From the NCBI GenBank assembly GCA_963762255.1, contig CAVXKA010000003.1, positions 864,001-928,000 on the forward strand: a stretch of DNA of 64,000 nucleotides. The letters are read 5' to 3'. Positions 31,541 through 41,196 of this stretch are shown here, piece after piece. This stretch comes from Candidatus Eiseniibacteriota bacterium. GTDB taxonomy: Bacteria > Eisenbacteria > RBG-16-71-46 > JABDJR01. Under the pieces are notes generated by a model. The model made no database searches, was not told where the DNA came from, and saw only the letters and a program-made list of their open reading frames with translations. The position numbers and the translations under genes were made by a program. The first letter of the stretch is position 1, and each line of letters starts with the position of its first letter.

Positions 31541-32830
31541 ATGCTGAACCGAATACCCAAAGTGCTCTGCGCGCTCGTACTGGCAGCATTGATTGTGCGC
31601 CTGGTGTTCGCCGGCGCGGTCCTGGGGCTGCACGCTCCCTTCCGAGGCGATGAGTCCGATTACCATGCGATCGCGACGAACCTGGCCGCCGGGCACGGGT
31701 TCGTCAAACACATCGGCATCCCGACCGCAGCCCGCCCCCCGTTCTATCCGTTGGCGCTGGCCGCGGTCTACAAGGTCTTCGGCGCGGACGTCGTCGTGGG
31801 ACGGCTCTTCCAGGTGCTCCTCGGCGCCCTGATCGTTCCCCTGACCTACCTTCTGGCGCGAAGACTTTTCTCGCGCGGCATCGCACTGCTCGCGGCGGCG
31901 ATTTCTGCCTTCAACCCGTTTCTCATCTTCATCAGCGGCTATCTGCTGACCGAGAACCTCTACACCGTGCTTCTGCTGATGGCCATGATCCTCCTCACCG
32001 ATGCGGCACGATCGGGCTTCGCATCGGGAGGACGGCTGGTGGGAGCCGCGCTCCTGTTGGGGATGGCCACGCTGACCAGACCGCACGCGCTCCTCTTCGG
32101 CCTCCTTGCGGTGCTCCCCATCCTGTTCCTGGGAAAGGGACGCCTCGGGAATCGCATCGCCGGAGCCGCGCTCTTCCTCGTAACCATCGCCGCCGTCATG
32201 ACTCCATGGGTGATCCGCAACGACCTTCGTCTGGGAAGCCCGATCCTGACGACAACGCATGGCGGGATGACGTTCTACGAGAGCAACAACCAGCTCGTTT
32301 TGGATGAACCGGCGTTTCGAGGGGCGGTCGTCGTGCCCAAGTCGGCGGTCCCCGGTTACGACCGGCTCGAGGGCCTGGGAGAGGTGGAGTTCGATCGCGA
32401 GGCGCGCCGCATGGGGGTGGAGTTCGTGACCGGCCACCCGGGCGCCATGCCGAAGATCCTCGCCTGGAAGTTTCTCCGCTATTGGCGGTTTCGGAGCGAC
32501 GTGGGATTGAGTGGGATCAAGAGCGGCTTCTGGTGGGACAAGGAGAAATCGCTGGGGGCGCTTGCGTCGACGCTGGACGTCGGATTCATCTACAACATCG
32601 TGGTCATCCCATCCTTTCTGCTCGGCCTGCTCCTGACCATTCGCCGCTTGCGCGAGATGGTCTTCCTGCACGCGAACATCCTGGTCCACACCTTGATGGC
32701 GCTCATGTTCTACGGATCGCTGCGCGCGCGCATCCCGATCGAGCCGGTGCTGGCCATCTGGGCGGCCGCCGGCTTGGCGTGGCTGCTGGGACGGACCACC
32801 CGACGACGGGTCACGCTCGACGGTCCATGA
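31541..32830 (+). CDS. ArnT/PMT-like (GT39/GT83) membrane glycosyltransferase
   Basis: GDESDY after the first TM, RPPFYP, LLTENL, LTRP, PWVIRN; polytopic. Confidence 0.85.
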   Translation: MLNRIPKVLCALVLAALIVRLVFAGAVLGLHAPFRGDESDYHAIATNLAAGHGFVKHIGIPTAARPPFYPLALAAVYKVFGADVVVGRLFQVLLGALIVPLTYLLARRLFSRGIALLAAAISAFNPFLIFISGYLLTENLYTVLLLMAMILLTDAARSGFASGGRLVGAALLLGMATLTRPHALLFGLLAVLPILFLGKGRLGNRIAGAALFLVTIAAVMTPWVIRNDLRLGSPILTTTHGGMTFYESNNQLVLDEPAFRGAVVVPKSAVPGYDRLEGLGEVEFDREARRMGVEFVTGHPGAMPKILAWKFLRYWRFRSDVGLSGIKSGFWWDKEKSLGALASTLDVGFIYNIVVIPSFLLGLLLTIRRLREMVFLHANILVHTLMALMFYGSLRARIPIEPVLAIWAAAGLAWLLGRTTRRRVTLDGP

Positions 32831-32850
32831 GCCTTGCGAAATAGCTCGAC

Positions 32851-33771
32851 TTAGCCCTGCGTGCGCGGGGGCGGCTTGGGGCCGCCCTCGCGCCGCAGCG
32901 GCACCATAGCCGGTGCGGCCTGGGCGTCGAGTCCGAGCACCGTCACCAGGTCTGCGTTTCCGGGGATCACGTACTTCGTGTTCTGTGCCAGCGTGACCTG
33001 CAGCACGTCGAGCTGCTTGGAGAGCGCGGCGCGATCATGGAAGAACTGCTCGGCCGCGTTCGAGACCATCTCGATGGCCTTGGCCTCGGCGGTCGACCGC
33101 AGGATGCGCGCCTGGGCGTCCCCCTCCGCTTTCAGGATCTCCGCCTGCTTGAAGCCCTCGGCCTTCAGGATCTCGCTCTGCCGCACCCCTTCCGCCTCGA
33201 GGATCGACGCGCGCTTGTCCCGTTCCGCCTTCATCTGCCGGCCCATGGCCTCGGTGATGTCCACCGGCGGATCGATCCTCTGCAACTCGACGCGGGTGAC
33301 CTTGACCCCCCAGGGGTTGGTCGCCTCGTCGAGGACGGCGCGCAGGTTGGTATTGATCATGTCGCGGGCCACCAGCGTCTCGTCGAGCGTCTTGTCACCG
33401 ATCAGATTGCGCAGATTGGTCTGGGCGAGCGTGGTGGCGGCGAGCCCGAAGTGCTGCACCTCGAACTTGGCCCGCACCGGATCGACCACGCGGTAGTAAA
33501 TCACCGCGTCCACCGTCACCGTGACGTTATCGCGGGTGATGACCTTCTGCGGTTCCACGTTGATCACCTGCTCGCGCATGTCCATCTTCATCATCTCGTC
33601 GAGCAGGGGGGCAAGGAAGGTCAACCCGGAGTCGGCGGTGGCGTGGTACTTGCCGAGGCGCAGGATCAGCCCCTTCTCGTACTGACGAACGATCCTGGCG
33701 CTGCGGGCCAGAATGATCAGCAGAATGAATGCGAAGAAGGCCACGAGGACGACGCTGGCCGGCTGGCTCAT
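32851..33771 (-). CDS. SPFH/band-7 (stomatin/QmcA-like) protein
   Basis: VITRDNVTVTVDAVIY, AQTNLRNLIG, WGVKVTRVELQ, QMKAERDKRA. Confidence 0.92.
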   Translation of the reverse strand: MSQPASVVLVAFFAFILLIILARSARIVRQYEKGLILRLGKYHATADSGLTFLAPLLDEMMKMDMREQVINVEPQKVITRDNVTVTVDAVIYYRVVDPVRAKFEVQHFGLAATTLAQTNLRNLIGDKTLDETLVARDMINTNLRAVLDEATNPWGVKVTRVELQRIDPPVDITEAMGRQMKAERDKRASILEAEGVRQSEILKAEGFKQAEILKAEGDAQARILRSTAEAKAIEMVSNAAEQFFHDRAALSKQLDVLQVTLAQNTKYVIPGNADLVTVLGLDAQAAPAMVPLRREGGPKPPPRTQG

Positions 33772-34247
33772 GATTTCGCTCCTTCGCCCGCATCGACGGG
33801 CGCAACGGGAACCACGTGAACGGTGACGCCGTCGATGCGGCTGACCACCACGTTCCGGCCGACCTCGAGAACGCCGGCGGTGGCGTCATCGACGGTCGCG
33901 CGCCACTCCTCCCCTTCGAACTTGATGCGCCCGGGGTGGTCGGCGGCGATCGGATCCGTCACGCGGGCCAGGCGACCCAGCATGGCGTCCGTATTGGACG
34001 GGATGCCCGGACGCCGGAGTTTCGCGCGGATACGCTGTCGCCCCACAAGGACGTACATGAGCGAGAGCACACCGGCCGCCGCGAGGCCGAGTGCCGGTGA
34101 ATGGAAGACGAAACCGAGAACGCCGCCGGCCAGGATCGCGGTACCGATCAGCAGGAAATCGAACCCGCTGGCCGCACCCATCACGATCTCGAGAAGCACC
34201 AGCACCGCGCCGAGCACGATCAAGACCCAGTTGATGACGCCGGACAT
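33768..34247 (-). CDS. NfeD-like protein
   Basis: N-terminal TM segments plus GRIKFEGEEWRA OB-fold; coupled to the SPFH gene. Confidence 0.88.
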   Translation of the reverse strand: MSGVINWVLIVLGAVLVLLEIVMGAASGFDFLLIGTAILAGGVLGFVFHSPALGLAAAGVLSLMYVLVGRQRIRAKLRRPGIPSNTDAMLGRLARVTDPIAADHPGRIKFEGEEWRATVDDATAGVLEVGRNVVVSRIDGVTVHVVPVAPVDAGEGAKS

Positions 34248-34465
34248 GGGCACCTCCAGGATGCTTTGGGAATCGACCGCGAATCTAGGCTCACTCGGAC
34301 GCCGGGTCAAGCCGGCCCGGCTGGACCCGCGTGGTATCTTCCCGTCGGTGCCGCCCCGGAGCATCGGGGGCGCCTCCTGCCGGTCGTTCTCTGCGGCCAC
34401 CTCTCTCGGAGGCATGATCCATGCGGCATATGTGGTGTGGTGGAAGCCCTTGCCGGACGGGCCGG

Positions 34466-36250
34466 ATGATCGGATGGGGCCGACGCATCGGCGTGCTCCA
34501 CCCGGCCCTCTGGGCGTGCCTCCTCTTGATCCCCCAGCCTTCCCCTGCCTCCGATTCGGGGGTAAGCGCGGAGATCTACCCGTATCGCAAGGACACCCCC
34601 GCGCTGGGCGGGTTGTGGTGTCTATGCACCGTTGATTTCGGACCAGTCGATAGCGATAGGAAGTTCCCCGGCGCCATCGCCTGCGACGGTGCCAGACCCC
34701 TCCCCTACCTAACCTGGCGCGGGGGCATGGTACGCGCGGTCTCCCGAGAGGACTGCGAGGATCTCTTCCTCTGTGATTTCCTGGAGGGCGAGGACGCCAC
34801 CCTGGTCATCGCCGTCGACTCGCTGACCAGCTACCGCGTCGTCCTCACCCTCGGGGATCCCGCGCAGAAACGCGGTCCGATGAATGTCTTCGTCAACGAC
34901 GAGCAGGTGGCAGCGGGGCTGGAGATCGACCCCGGGGAGCCGGTCCAGCTCGATTGCGCGGTGACGCCCCGCGGCGGCCACATCCGTATCCGGCTGGCCG
35001 GCGTCGATTGCGGTTCCTTTGCCGTCGACGGCGCGAGCATCTACGTCTCCGCCCGCGCGCGCCCGCTTCGCCTTCCCGAGCTGTTTCCTGCGGGCGCGCC
35101 CGCCTCCTCCGAGGGCATCGCCCCCGTGGTCGGCCGCGGGCGGCGCGAGCAGGCCAAGGCGATCCTGCGCCAATGCTGCGAGTACCTCGTGGCCGAGCGC
35201 CCGGGCGAAGGCTGCTTTTCTTACAGCGGCAGTTGGTACGAGTCGGCATATCCGATCCGCACGCTACTCGTGTCCTCTGCCCTTCTCGACCAACGACGCT
35301 ATCGGGAGGCGGCCCTTGATTGTCTGGACCGCTTCGTCACAGAGCAGCACCCGGACGGCGGATGGTCCTCCCAGTTCTTCGGGAGCCGGGCATGCCCCGT
35401 GGCCCGAGCCACCCGGGAGGCGGCCCCGAGTCGGAACCTGGCCGATGTGGGCACGATGGCATTCTGCCTGTCCCTGGCCTGGCCCCACGCCGGCGCCGAG
35501 CGTCGCGCGACCTACCTGCGGGCAGCCGCCCTGTTCGCGGACTCGCTCGTCCTTCCCAACCAGCTCCCGAGCGGGGCCTTCCCCAACCTGCAGTTCGCCG
35601 GCGTGCGTTTCCTCCATCCCTACAGCGTTGCCACCGGCGTCCAGGCCGCGAATCTTTCCGCTCTCTATGGAGTGACCCGCAGTCGGCGATATCTGGTTTC
35701 AGCGCAGCGCGCGGCGCTCTTCCTCGCCCGTTCGATCCAGCCCGACGGCAGCGTGCTCTTCTATCGCTACAACAACGCGACCCCGGAAACGATGAACCCT
35801 GATCGTATGGGAGAACTGTATTACGTACTGGAGGGGCTGATCTGGAACTATTGGTACGCCGACGGGCCGATCCGGGCGGAGATCCGAGCCGCCCTGGACC
35901 GGTACTTCTCCGGACCCGGCGGAATCCGCTCATGGCCCAGCCCCGCCGAGTGGATGGCGCAGGGCAACACCTGGGAGAACTCCAAGCGGGCGGGGGTGCT
36001 CTTCCTGGTCTCCCAGTACGCGACCATGGGTCAGAACAAACCGGAGTTGAGCAGCTGGATGGATGTGGCCCTCGAAGCGTTCGCCCGCTCCGAGACCGCA
36101 CAAGCCTCCGGCGTTCGCTCCGATCCCGCCGGCCCCGCCGGCCGGCACGCCATGGCCGCCACCGGCTTCGCCGGTCTGGGCCTCGCAAGCCTCGTGCGGC
36201 CCGGCCTCATCGATCCCGGCCACACCGTGGACCGCCGCGGGCGGTGGTAG
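34466..36250 (+). CDS. Secreted hypothetical protein (beta-sandwich plus alpha/alpha toroid-like domain)
   Basis: Signal-like N-terminus; repeated QHPDGGW / QLPSGAF / IQPDGSV motifs after helices; start uncertain. Confidence 0.6.
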   Translation: MIGWGRRIGVLHPALWACLLLIPQPSPASDSGVSAEIYPYRKDTPALGGLWCLCTVDFGPVDSDRKFPGAIACDGARPLPYLTWRGGMVRAVSREDCEDLFLCDFLEGEDATLVIAVDSLTSYRVVLTLGDPAQKRGPMNVFVNDEQVAAGLEIDPGEPVQLDCAVTPRGGHIRIRLAGVDCGSFAVDGASIYVSARARPLRLPELFPAGAPASSEGIAPVVGRGRREQAKAILRQCCEYLVAERPGEGCFSYSGSWYESAYPIRTLLVSSALLDQRRYREAALDCLDRFVTEQHPDGGWSSQFFGSRACPVARATREAAPSRNLADVGTMAFCLSLAWPHAGAERRATYLRAAALFADSLVLPNQLPSGAFPNLQFAGVRFLHPYSVATGVQAANLSALYGVTRSRRYLVSAQRAALFLARSIQPDGSVLFYRYNNATPETMNPDRMGELYYVLEGLIWNYWYADGPIRAEIRAALDRYFSGPGGIRSWPSPAEWMAQGNTWENSKRAGVLFLVSQYATMGQNKPELSSWMDVALEAFARSETAQASGVRSDPAGPAGRHAMAATGFAGLGLASLVRPGLIDPGHTVDRRGRW

Positions 36251-36308
36251 ACCGCCGCGCCCGCCCCGCGCCCGCGCTTGACGGGAAAGCGCGGGTGGTC
36301 TTTCCTCC

Positions 36309-37904
36309 ATGTCCATGAAGTTTCCCCGGAGGAGCGTTCTGTGTGCGGCCCTCCTCATCATCCCCGTCCGCGCCTCGGGGGCCGATGCGCCGCTTCGAAT
36401 CGGGAGCATCCGCGTGGAGACCCTTGACGTCTACACGCCCGAGGAGGCCTCGGCGGGGTGGCCCTACCGCATCCTGAACGCGCTCCACGCCAGAACGCGG
36501 GAGTCCACACTCCGCAAGTTCCTTTTGTTCCGAGAGGGGGATCTTTACGATCCCGCGAAGCTGGTGGAAACCGAGCGAAACCTGCGACAGCTTCGGTTCA
36601 TCAAGTCCGCTTCGGTGACGGCGCTCCCTCCCCGCGACGGAACGGTGGATGTCGACGTACGGACCCAGGACACATGGACCACCGAGCCGACGGCGGCGAT
36701 AGGCCGCAGCGGAGGGGTCACCTCGTACGGCGCATCCCTCATAGAACGCAACCTCGTCGGCACCGGACGCGAGTTGGACTTCACGTACTCCGAGGGGGTG
36801 GACCGCATCACCCGCTACGTCGCGTTCGAGGATCCCAACCTGCTTGGCCCGTACTGGAGCGGCTCCGTTCTTCATGCCGTCAACTCCGACGGTTGGCAGG
36901 ATCAGGGAGGAATCCGGAAGAGCTTTTCGTCGGTGAGCATGCCGCGGGCGGGCGCGCTTCTCTACGATGTCTCCAGCGCCCGCGAGAGGCTCTATCGCGG
37001 CGGGGAGACGGCCTCGCGGTACCGGCACGAAAAACGCGGCTACCTGGGCGAATTCGGAGTCGCCCTGGCCCGGACCGCCACCACCGCCCGGCGTCTGTCC
37101 GGCGGGTTCCGGGTTCAAGAGGATCGCTTCGTTTCCGTACCCGATTGGACGGAGGCTTCGCGCCCCCCTTCGCGCAAGTACCGCACCGTCTACTTGCGGG
37201 GCGAGTTCGTCCGCACCGACCTGGTGAAGCTCGACTACGTCGATCGCGACGCCCGCTTCGACGATTTCGATCTGGGCAATCGGATCTCGATCCTCGCCGG
37301 TCTCTCTCCGACACTATTCGGCCTCGATCGTACGACCGGCATGCTGGGTGCGGCGGCGAGCCGAGGCTGGCGTGCCGGCGAGGGGACGCTCCTCCTTCCC
37401 CAACTGACCCTGGAGAGTCGCGTGGGCGCAGAGGCCGACAACACGATTGCAGCGGGCAGCCTTCGGTTCGTCCACCGCTTCCGCGCGAAGCTCACGCAAA
37501 CCCTGGTTTCCAGGCTGGAACTGCGGCGCGGCTGGGATCTCGATCCCGACGTGCAGTTCTTCGCGGACGGCTCGAACGGAGTTCGCGGATACCGGTTGCG
37601 CGAGTACGAGGGGGACCGCACCGCCGTCTTGAACGTGGAGCATCGGGTCTTCTCCGGCCGGGAGCTGTTCCGCATGGTCTCGCCGGGAGCGGCGATATTC
37701 TTCGACACGGGCATCGCCGCCTCGTCGGATCGGGACATCCGTGCCGCCGCGCTGAAGAGCGACGTCGGGGTCGGGTTGCGGCTGGCCTTCCCGAGGGCCG
37801 CCGTCCGCACCGTCTTCCGGCTCGACATCGCCTTCCCGCTCAACCGCGATCGCGACGGACTCCGCGAGCCGCTCGTCTCCTTTTCGAACTCGCAGGCCTT
37901 CTGA
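36309..37904 (+). CDS. Omp85 (BamA/TamA-like) POTRA plus beta-barrel protein
   Basis: LLFREGDLYD...ETERNLR, ERNLVGTG, GVRGY, FFDTG, DVGVGLRL, RLDIAFPL, terminal F. Confidence 0.85.
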   Translation: MSMKFPRRSVLCAALLIIPVRASGADAPLRIGSIRVETLDVYTPEEASAGWPYRILNALHARTRESTLRKFLLFREGDLYDPAKLVETERNLRQLRFIKSASVTALPPRDGTVDVDVRTQDTWTTEPTAAIGRSGGVTSYGASLIERNLVGTGRELDFTYSEGVDRITRYVAFEDPNLLGPYWSGSVLHAVNSDGWQDQGGIRKSFSSVSMPRAGALLYDVSSARERLYRGGETASRYRHEKRGYLGEFGVALARTATTARRLSGGFRVQEDRFVSVPDWTEASRPPSRKYRTVYLRGEFVRTDLVKLDYVDRDARFDDFDLGNRISILAGLSPTLFGLDRTTGMLGAAASRGWRAGEGTLLLPQLTLESRVGAEADNTIAAGSLRFVHRFRAKLTQTLVSRLELRRGWDLDPDVQFFADGSNGVRGYRLREYEGDRTAVLNVEHRVFSGRELFRMVSPGAAIFFDTGIAASSDRDIRAAALKSDVGVGLRLAFPRAAVRTVFRLDIAFPLNRDRDGLREPLVSFSNSQAF

Positions 37905-37987
37905 CCGGGGCGGCGCCGGGACAGGGAGGTTTCGGGGACGGGCCGCTCGGGTAGTATTACCGCGTTCCCAGACCCAGGGAGACTTCC

Positions 37988-40204
37988 ATGAGCCATCGCG
38001 CGTCCGTCATGAGCCATCGCCCTTCCGTTTCGCCGTGGGTGGTCCTTGCCGCCCTGCTCCTGCCGCTGCCGGCGTCGACCGGCGCGGCCACCTTCGACGG
38101 TGACAGCGCCAAGGCCATCGTCGAGGAGATCACTCAGGACCGTTACCAGGGCCGCAAGAGCGGCCTCGAGGGTGGACGGCTCACCGAGGAATACGTCGCC
38201 GCGCGATTCGCCGAGTGGGGGCTCGAGCCGGGGGGCAGGGGGGGCACCTTCTTCCAGGACGTACCGATGCTGGTCACCGTCGAGCGCGGCGCCTCGCTCG
38301 AGGCTCTCGACGACCCGTACGGCGCGGTGCGATTCCTCTACGGTGACGATTTCGCGCTGATCACCAACTCGGGCAGCGGCGATGTGACGGCGGAGGTCGT
38401 CCTCGTCGGTCACGGGCTCACCAGCGCCGCCCGCGAGTGGAACGACTACGGCACCGCCGACGTCGCGGGGAAGATCGTGCTCATCGTGCGCGGCTCCCCC
38501 GAGAACGGCCACGCATGGGAAGATGCCGCCTCCCGGGATTCCACGCTGAACGAAGCGGTACGGCGAGGCGCGGCGGCCGTCCTGTTCAGCCAGGGAGACG
38601 GTGCGGTCCAGGGCGCCGCCATCCATGACGGCTCCTATCATCCCAATGTCCCGATCGTCTCGGTGAGTAAGCACGTTCTCGAGCACGCGCTCCTCAACAC
38701 GGGGTACGACGTCGAGCGCTACCGGAACGAGCTCAAGGAGAAGCCGCTTCCTTTAGCCACCGGCAAGCGCATGCGGGTGACCGCCGACGTCGCGCGCCAG
38801 GATGACGGACACGCTCGCAACGTGATCGCCCGCATTTCGGGGGCGGATCGCCGTCTCTCCCGCGAGATCGTGATCGTGGGCGGGCATATGGATCATGTCG
38901 GCATGAACGGCGAGGGGCTCGTCTACAACGGCGCCGACGACAACGCATCGGGGACGGCGGTGGTCATGGAGCTCGCGCGGTCCTTCGCCACCGCGCGCAC
39001 CCGTCCCGCCCGGACCCTGGTCTTCGCACTCTTCACCGGCGAGGAGCAGGGACTCCTGGGGTCCAGGGCCCTCGCCGAAAACGCACCGTTCGATATGGAC
39101 CGCGCCGTGGCCATGCTCAACTTCGACATGGAAGGGCACGGCAGCGGCAAGGTGGGACTCGGGGGCGGCGAGTACTACCCCGAGGTCTGGAAATCGTTCC
39201 GCGCGCAGCTCCCCGACTCACTGGCAAAGACCCTGGTGACCGCGCGCGCCTGGGGAGGCGACTCGAGCGACCACGCTCCGTTTCGCGACCGGGGGATCCC
39301 GGTGAGCAGCATCTGGAGCGATGGCCAGCACCGTTTCTACCATTCGATCCAGGACGACGCTGCCTGGGTGAGCGCGGACGTGTTGGGGGCGGTCGGCACC
39401 CTCGCGCGGCGCTGGATCCGGGCGTTGGCCGACTGGAGCGAACCGCTGGCCGTCGAGCACCAAGTGGGCCGATCGCTTCTGTACGCTTCGGACCAGGTCG
39501 ACTTCGACAGAGCCTTCAAGGGGCAGGTACCGCCCTTCGTCCGCGGCCGGGTGCGCTGGTTCAACGCCTGGTCATTCGGCGGCGCCGCATTCCTCGACAC
39601 GCTTGCGAGCTTGGAAGCGAGGAGTGACCGAGGGGACTCGCTGGCGCTCGCCGGTTCGCTCGGCGAGGTACGCGCCGCGTCGCGCAAGGGACTCCCCGCG
39701 GCTTTGATCGGCATCGAGGAGAGCCCGTACGAGCAGATCATCCCCGCCCGTCTTCGCCTGTTGAGCAACCTCAAGGTGTCGCTGGTGCGCTGGCCGGGAG
39801 CTCCGCCCACGGCGAGCGACACGGCGCACTTGCAGGCGCTGGCCGACGGGGGGGTCACCTTGCTCCTCTCTGCCGACGTCGCGTGGCGCGATCGCGTGCC
39901 CGCGGGCGCGAAGACGGTCGTGCGGTTCTTTCCCGAGCGCGGCGAGAGCGTCGCGGATCCGCAGGCCTTCCCCCGCAAGGAATCGCTATTCGTGATGAGC
40001 CTTCGCGGTGATATGGCCCCCGCCGATGCGGCCCGCGCGATCCAGCGACTCGGTTGGGACCGAGTTCACCTCGATCTCACCCCGTGGATCGCCCGCGGCG
40101 GCGAGCGAAGCGCGTGGATCTTCCTCGAAGCGCTGCAGACGCGCGGGCGCTTCGAGCCGTCGCAGATGCGGGCGATGCTGGGGGACAACCTCAGCCGTCT
40201 GTGA
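37988..40204 (+). CDS. M28 family metallopeptidase with PA domain and C-terminal extension
   Basis: GGHMDHVG, NGADDNASG, FTGEEQGLLGS, NFDM, SDHAPF, YHSIQD. Confidence 0.9.
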   Translation: MSHRASVMSHRPSVSPWVVLAALLLPLPASTGAATFDGDSAKAIVEEITQDRYQGRKSGLEGGRLTEEYVAARFAEWGLEPGGRGGTFFQDVPMLVTVERGASLEALDDPYGAVRFLYGDDFALITNSGSGDVTAEVVLVGHGLTSAAREWNDYGTADVAGKIVLIVRGSPENGHAWEDAASRDSTLNEAVRRGAAAVLFSQGDGAVQGAAIHDGSYHPNVPIVSVSKHVLEHALLNTGYDVERYRNELKEKPLPLATGKRMRVTADVARQDDGHARNVIARISGADRRLSREIVIVGGHMDHVGMNGEGLVYNGADDNASGTAVVMELARSFATARTRPARTLVFALFTGEEQGLLGSRALAENAPFDMDRAVAMLNFDMEGHGSGKVGLGGGEYYPEVWKSFRAQLPDSLAKTLVTARAWGGDSSDHAPFRDRGIPVSSIWSDGQHRFYHSIQDDAAWVSADVLGAVGTLARRWIRALADWSEPLAVEHQVGRSLLYASDQVDFDRAFKGQVPPFVRGRVRWFNAWSFGGAAFLDTLASLEARSDRGDSLALAGSLGEVRAASRKGLPAALIGIEESPYEQIIPARLRLLSNLKVSLVRWPGAPPTASDTAHLQALADGGVTLLLSADVAWRDRVPAGAKTVVRFFPERGESVADPQAFPRKESLFVMSLRGDMAPADAARAIQRLGWDRVHLDLTPWIARGGERSAWIFLEALQTRGRFEPSQMRAMLGDNLSRL

Positions 40205-40292
40205 TCGCCCTCTCGATCCGCGCCCCCGGCCGGATGTGGATCCTGCCGTGTGCGGGCGCTATCGAAAACCAATCAACCAAGGAGAATGAGCC

Positions 40293-41186
40293 ATGCAGGA
40301 CTTCGTCGTCATCCTCGGGGCCTCGGGCAATGTCGGTCACGCGCTCGCTCACGGGCTCTTGGACCGCGGGGTCAAGCTCCGCGCAGTCGCCCGCCACGCG
40401 GAGAAGCTGCAGGATCTCGCTGCGAGAGGCGCGGACGCACGGGTGGGCACGGTGGAAGATCGGGCGTTTCTGGCGGGGACTTTTCGCGGAGCGGCCGCGG
40501 TCTTCGTCATGATCCCGCCCAACTCCGTCGCTCCCGACTTTCTCGCGTACCAGCGGGGGATCGTGGAGAACCTGACCGGAGCGATCCGTGAGGCGGGAGT
40601 CTCGCGCGTGGTCAGCCTGAGCAGCGTGGGCGCGGAGCTTCCCTCGGGAACCGGCCCCATCGCCGGTCTGCACATCCTTGAGACGGAGCTCGAGAAGATC
40701 CCCGGCCTCAACGTGCTCCACCTCCGCCCGACCTACTTCATGGAGAACCACCTGACCACGATCGGCCTCATCAAGACCATGGGCATGAACGGCGGCGCGG
40801 TCGCGGCCGAGACCCCGATACCGATGATCGCTGCGCGCGATGTCGCGGCCGCCGCCGCCGACATCCTCGCTTCGCCGACCTTCGACGGGCGAAGCGTCCG
40901 CTATCTGCTGGGACCCAAGGACTACACGATGAGCGCGGCCACGCGGATCCTCGGCGCGGCCGTCGGCCGGCCCGGCCTCGCCTACATGCAGTTCCCCGGC
41001 GCCGACACGCGCAGCGCGCTGGTCGGGATGGGCATCTCCCCCAGCGCGGCCGCCGCCTTCGTGGAGATGGCCGAGGGGTTCAATACCGGCCGCATCGCCG
41101 GCGAGCCGCGCTCGGCCGCCAACACTACGCCGACCACGATGGAGGAATTCGCCGGTTCGGTGTTCAAGACGGCTTACGGCGCGTAA
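40293..41186 (+). CDS. NmrA-like NAD(P)-binding protein
   Basis: ILGASGNVG, LSSVGA, LRPTYFMEN, IAARDVA. Confidence 0.9.
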   Translation: MQDFVVILGASGNVGHALAHGLLDRGVKLRAVARHAEKLQDLAARGADARVGTVEDRAFLAGTFRGAAAVFVMIPPNSVAPDFLAYQRGIVENLTGAIREAGVSRVVSLSSVGAELPSGTGPIAGLHILETELEKIPGLNVLHLRPTYFMENHLTTIGLIKTMGMNGGAVAAETPIPMIAARDVAAAAADILASPTFDGRSVRYLLGPKDYTMSAATRILGAAVGRPGLAYMQFPGADTRSALVGMGISPSAAAAFVEMAEGFNTGRIAGEPRSAANTTPTTMEEFAGSVFKTAYGA

Positions 41187-41196
41187 GAGGAACGTT

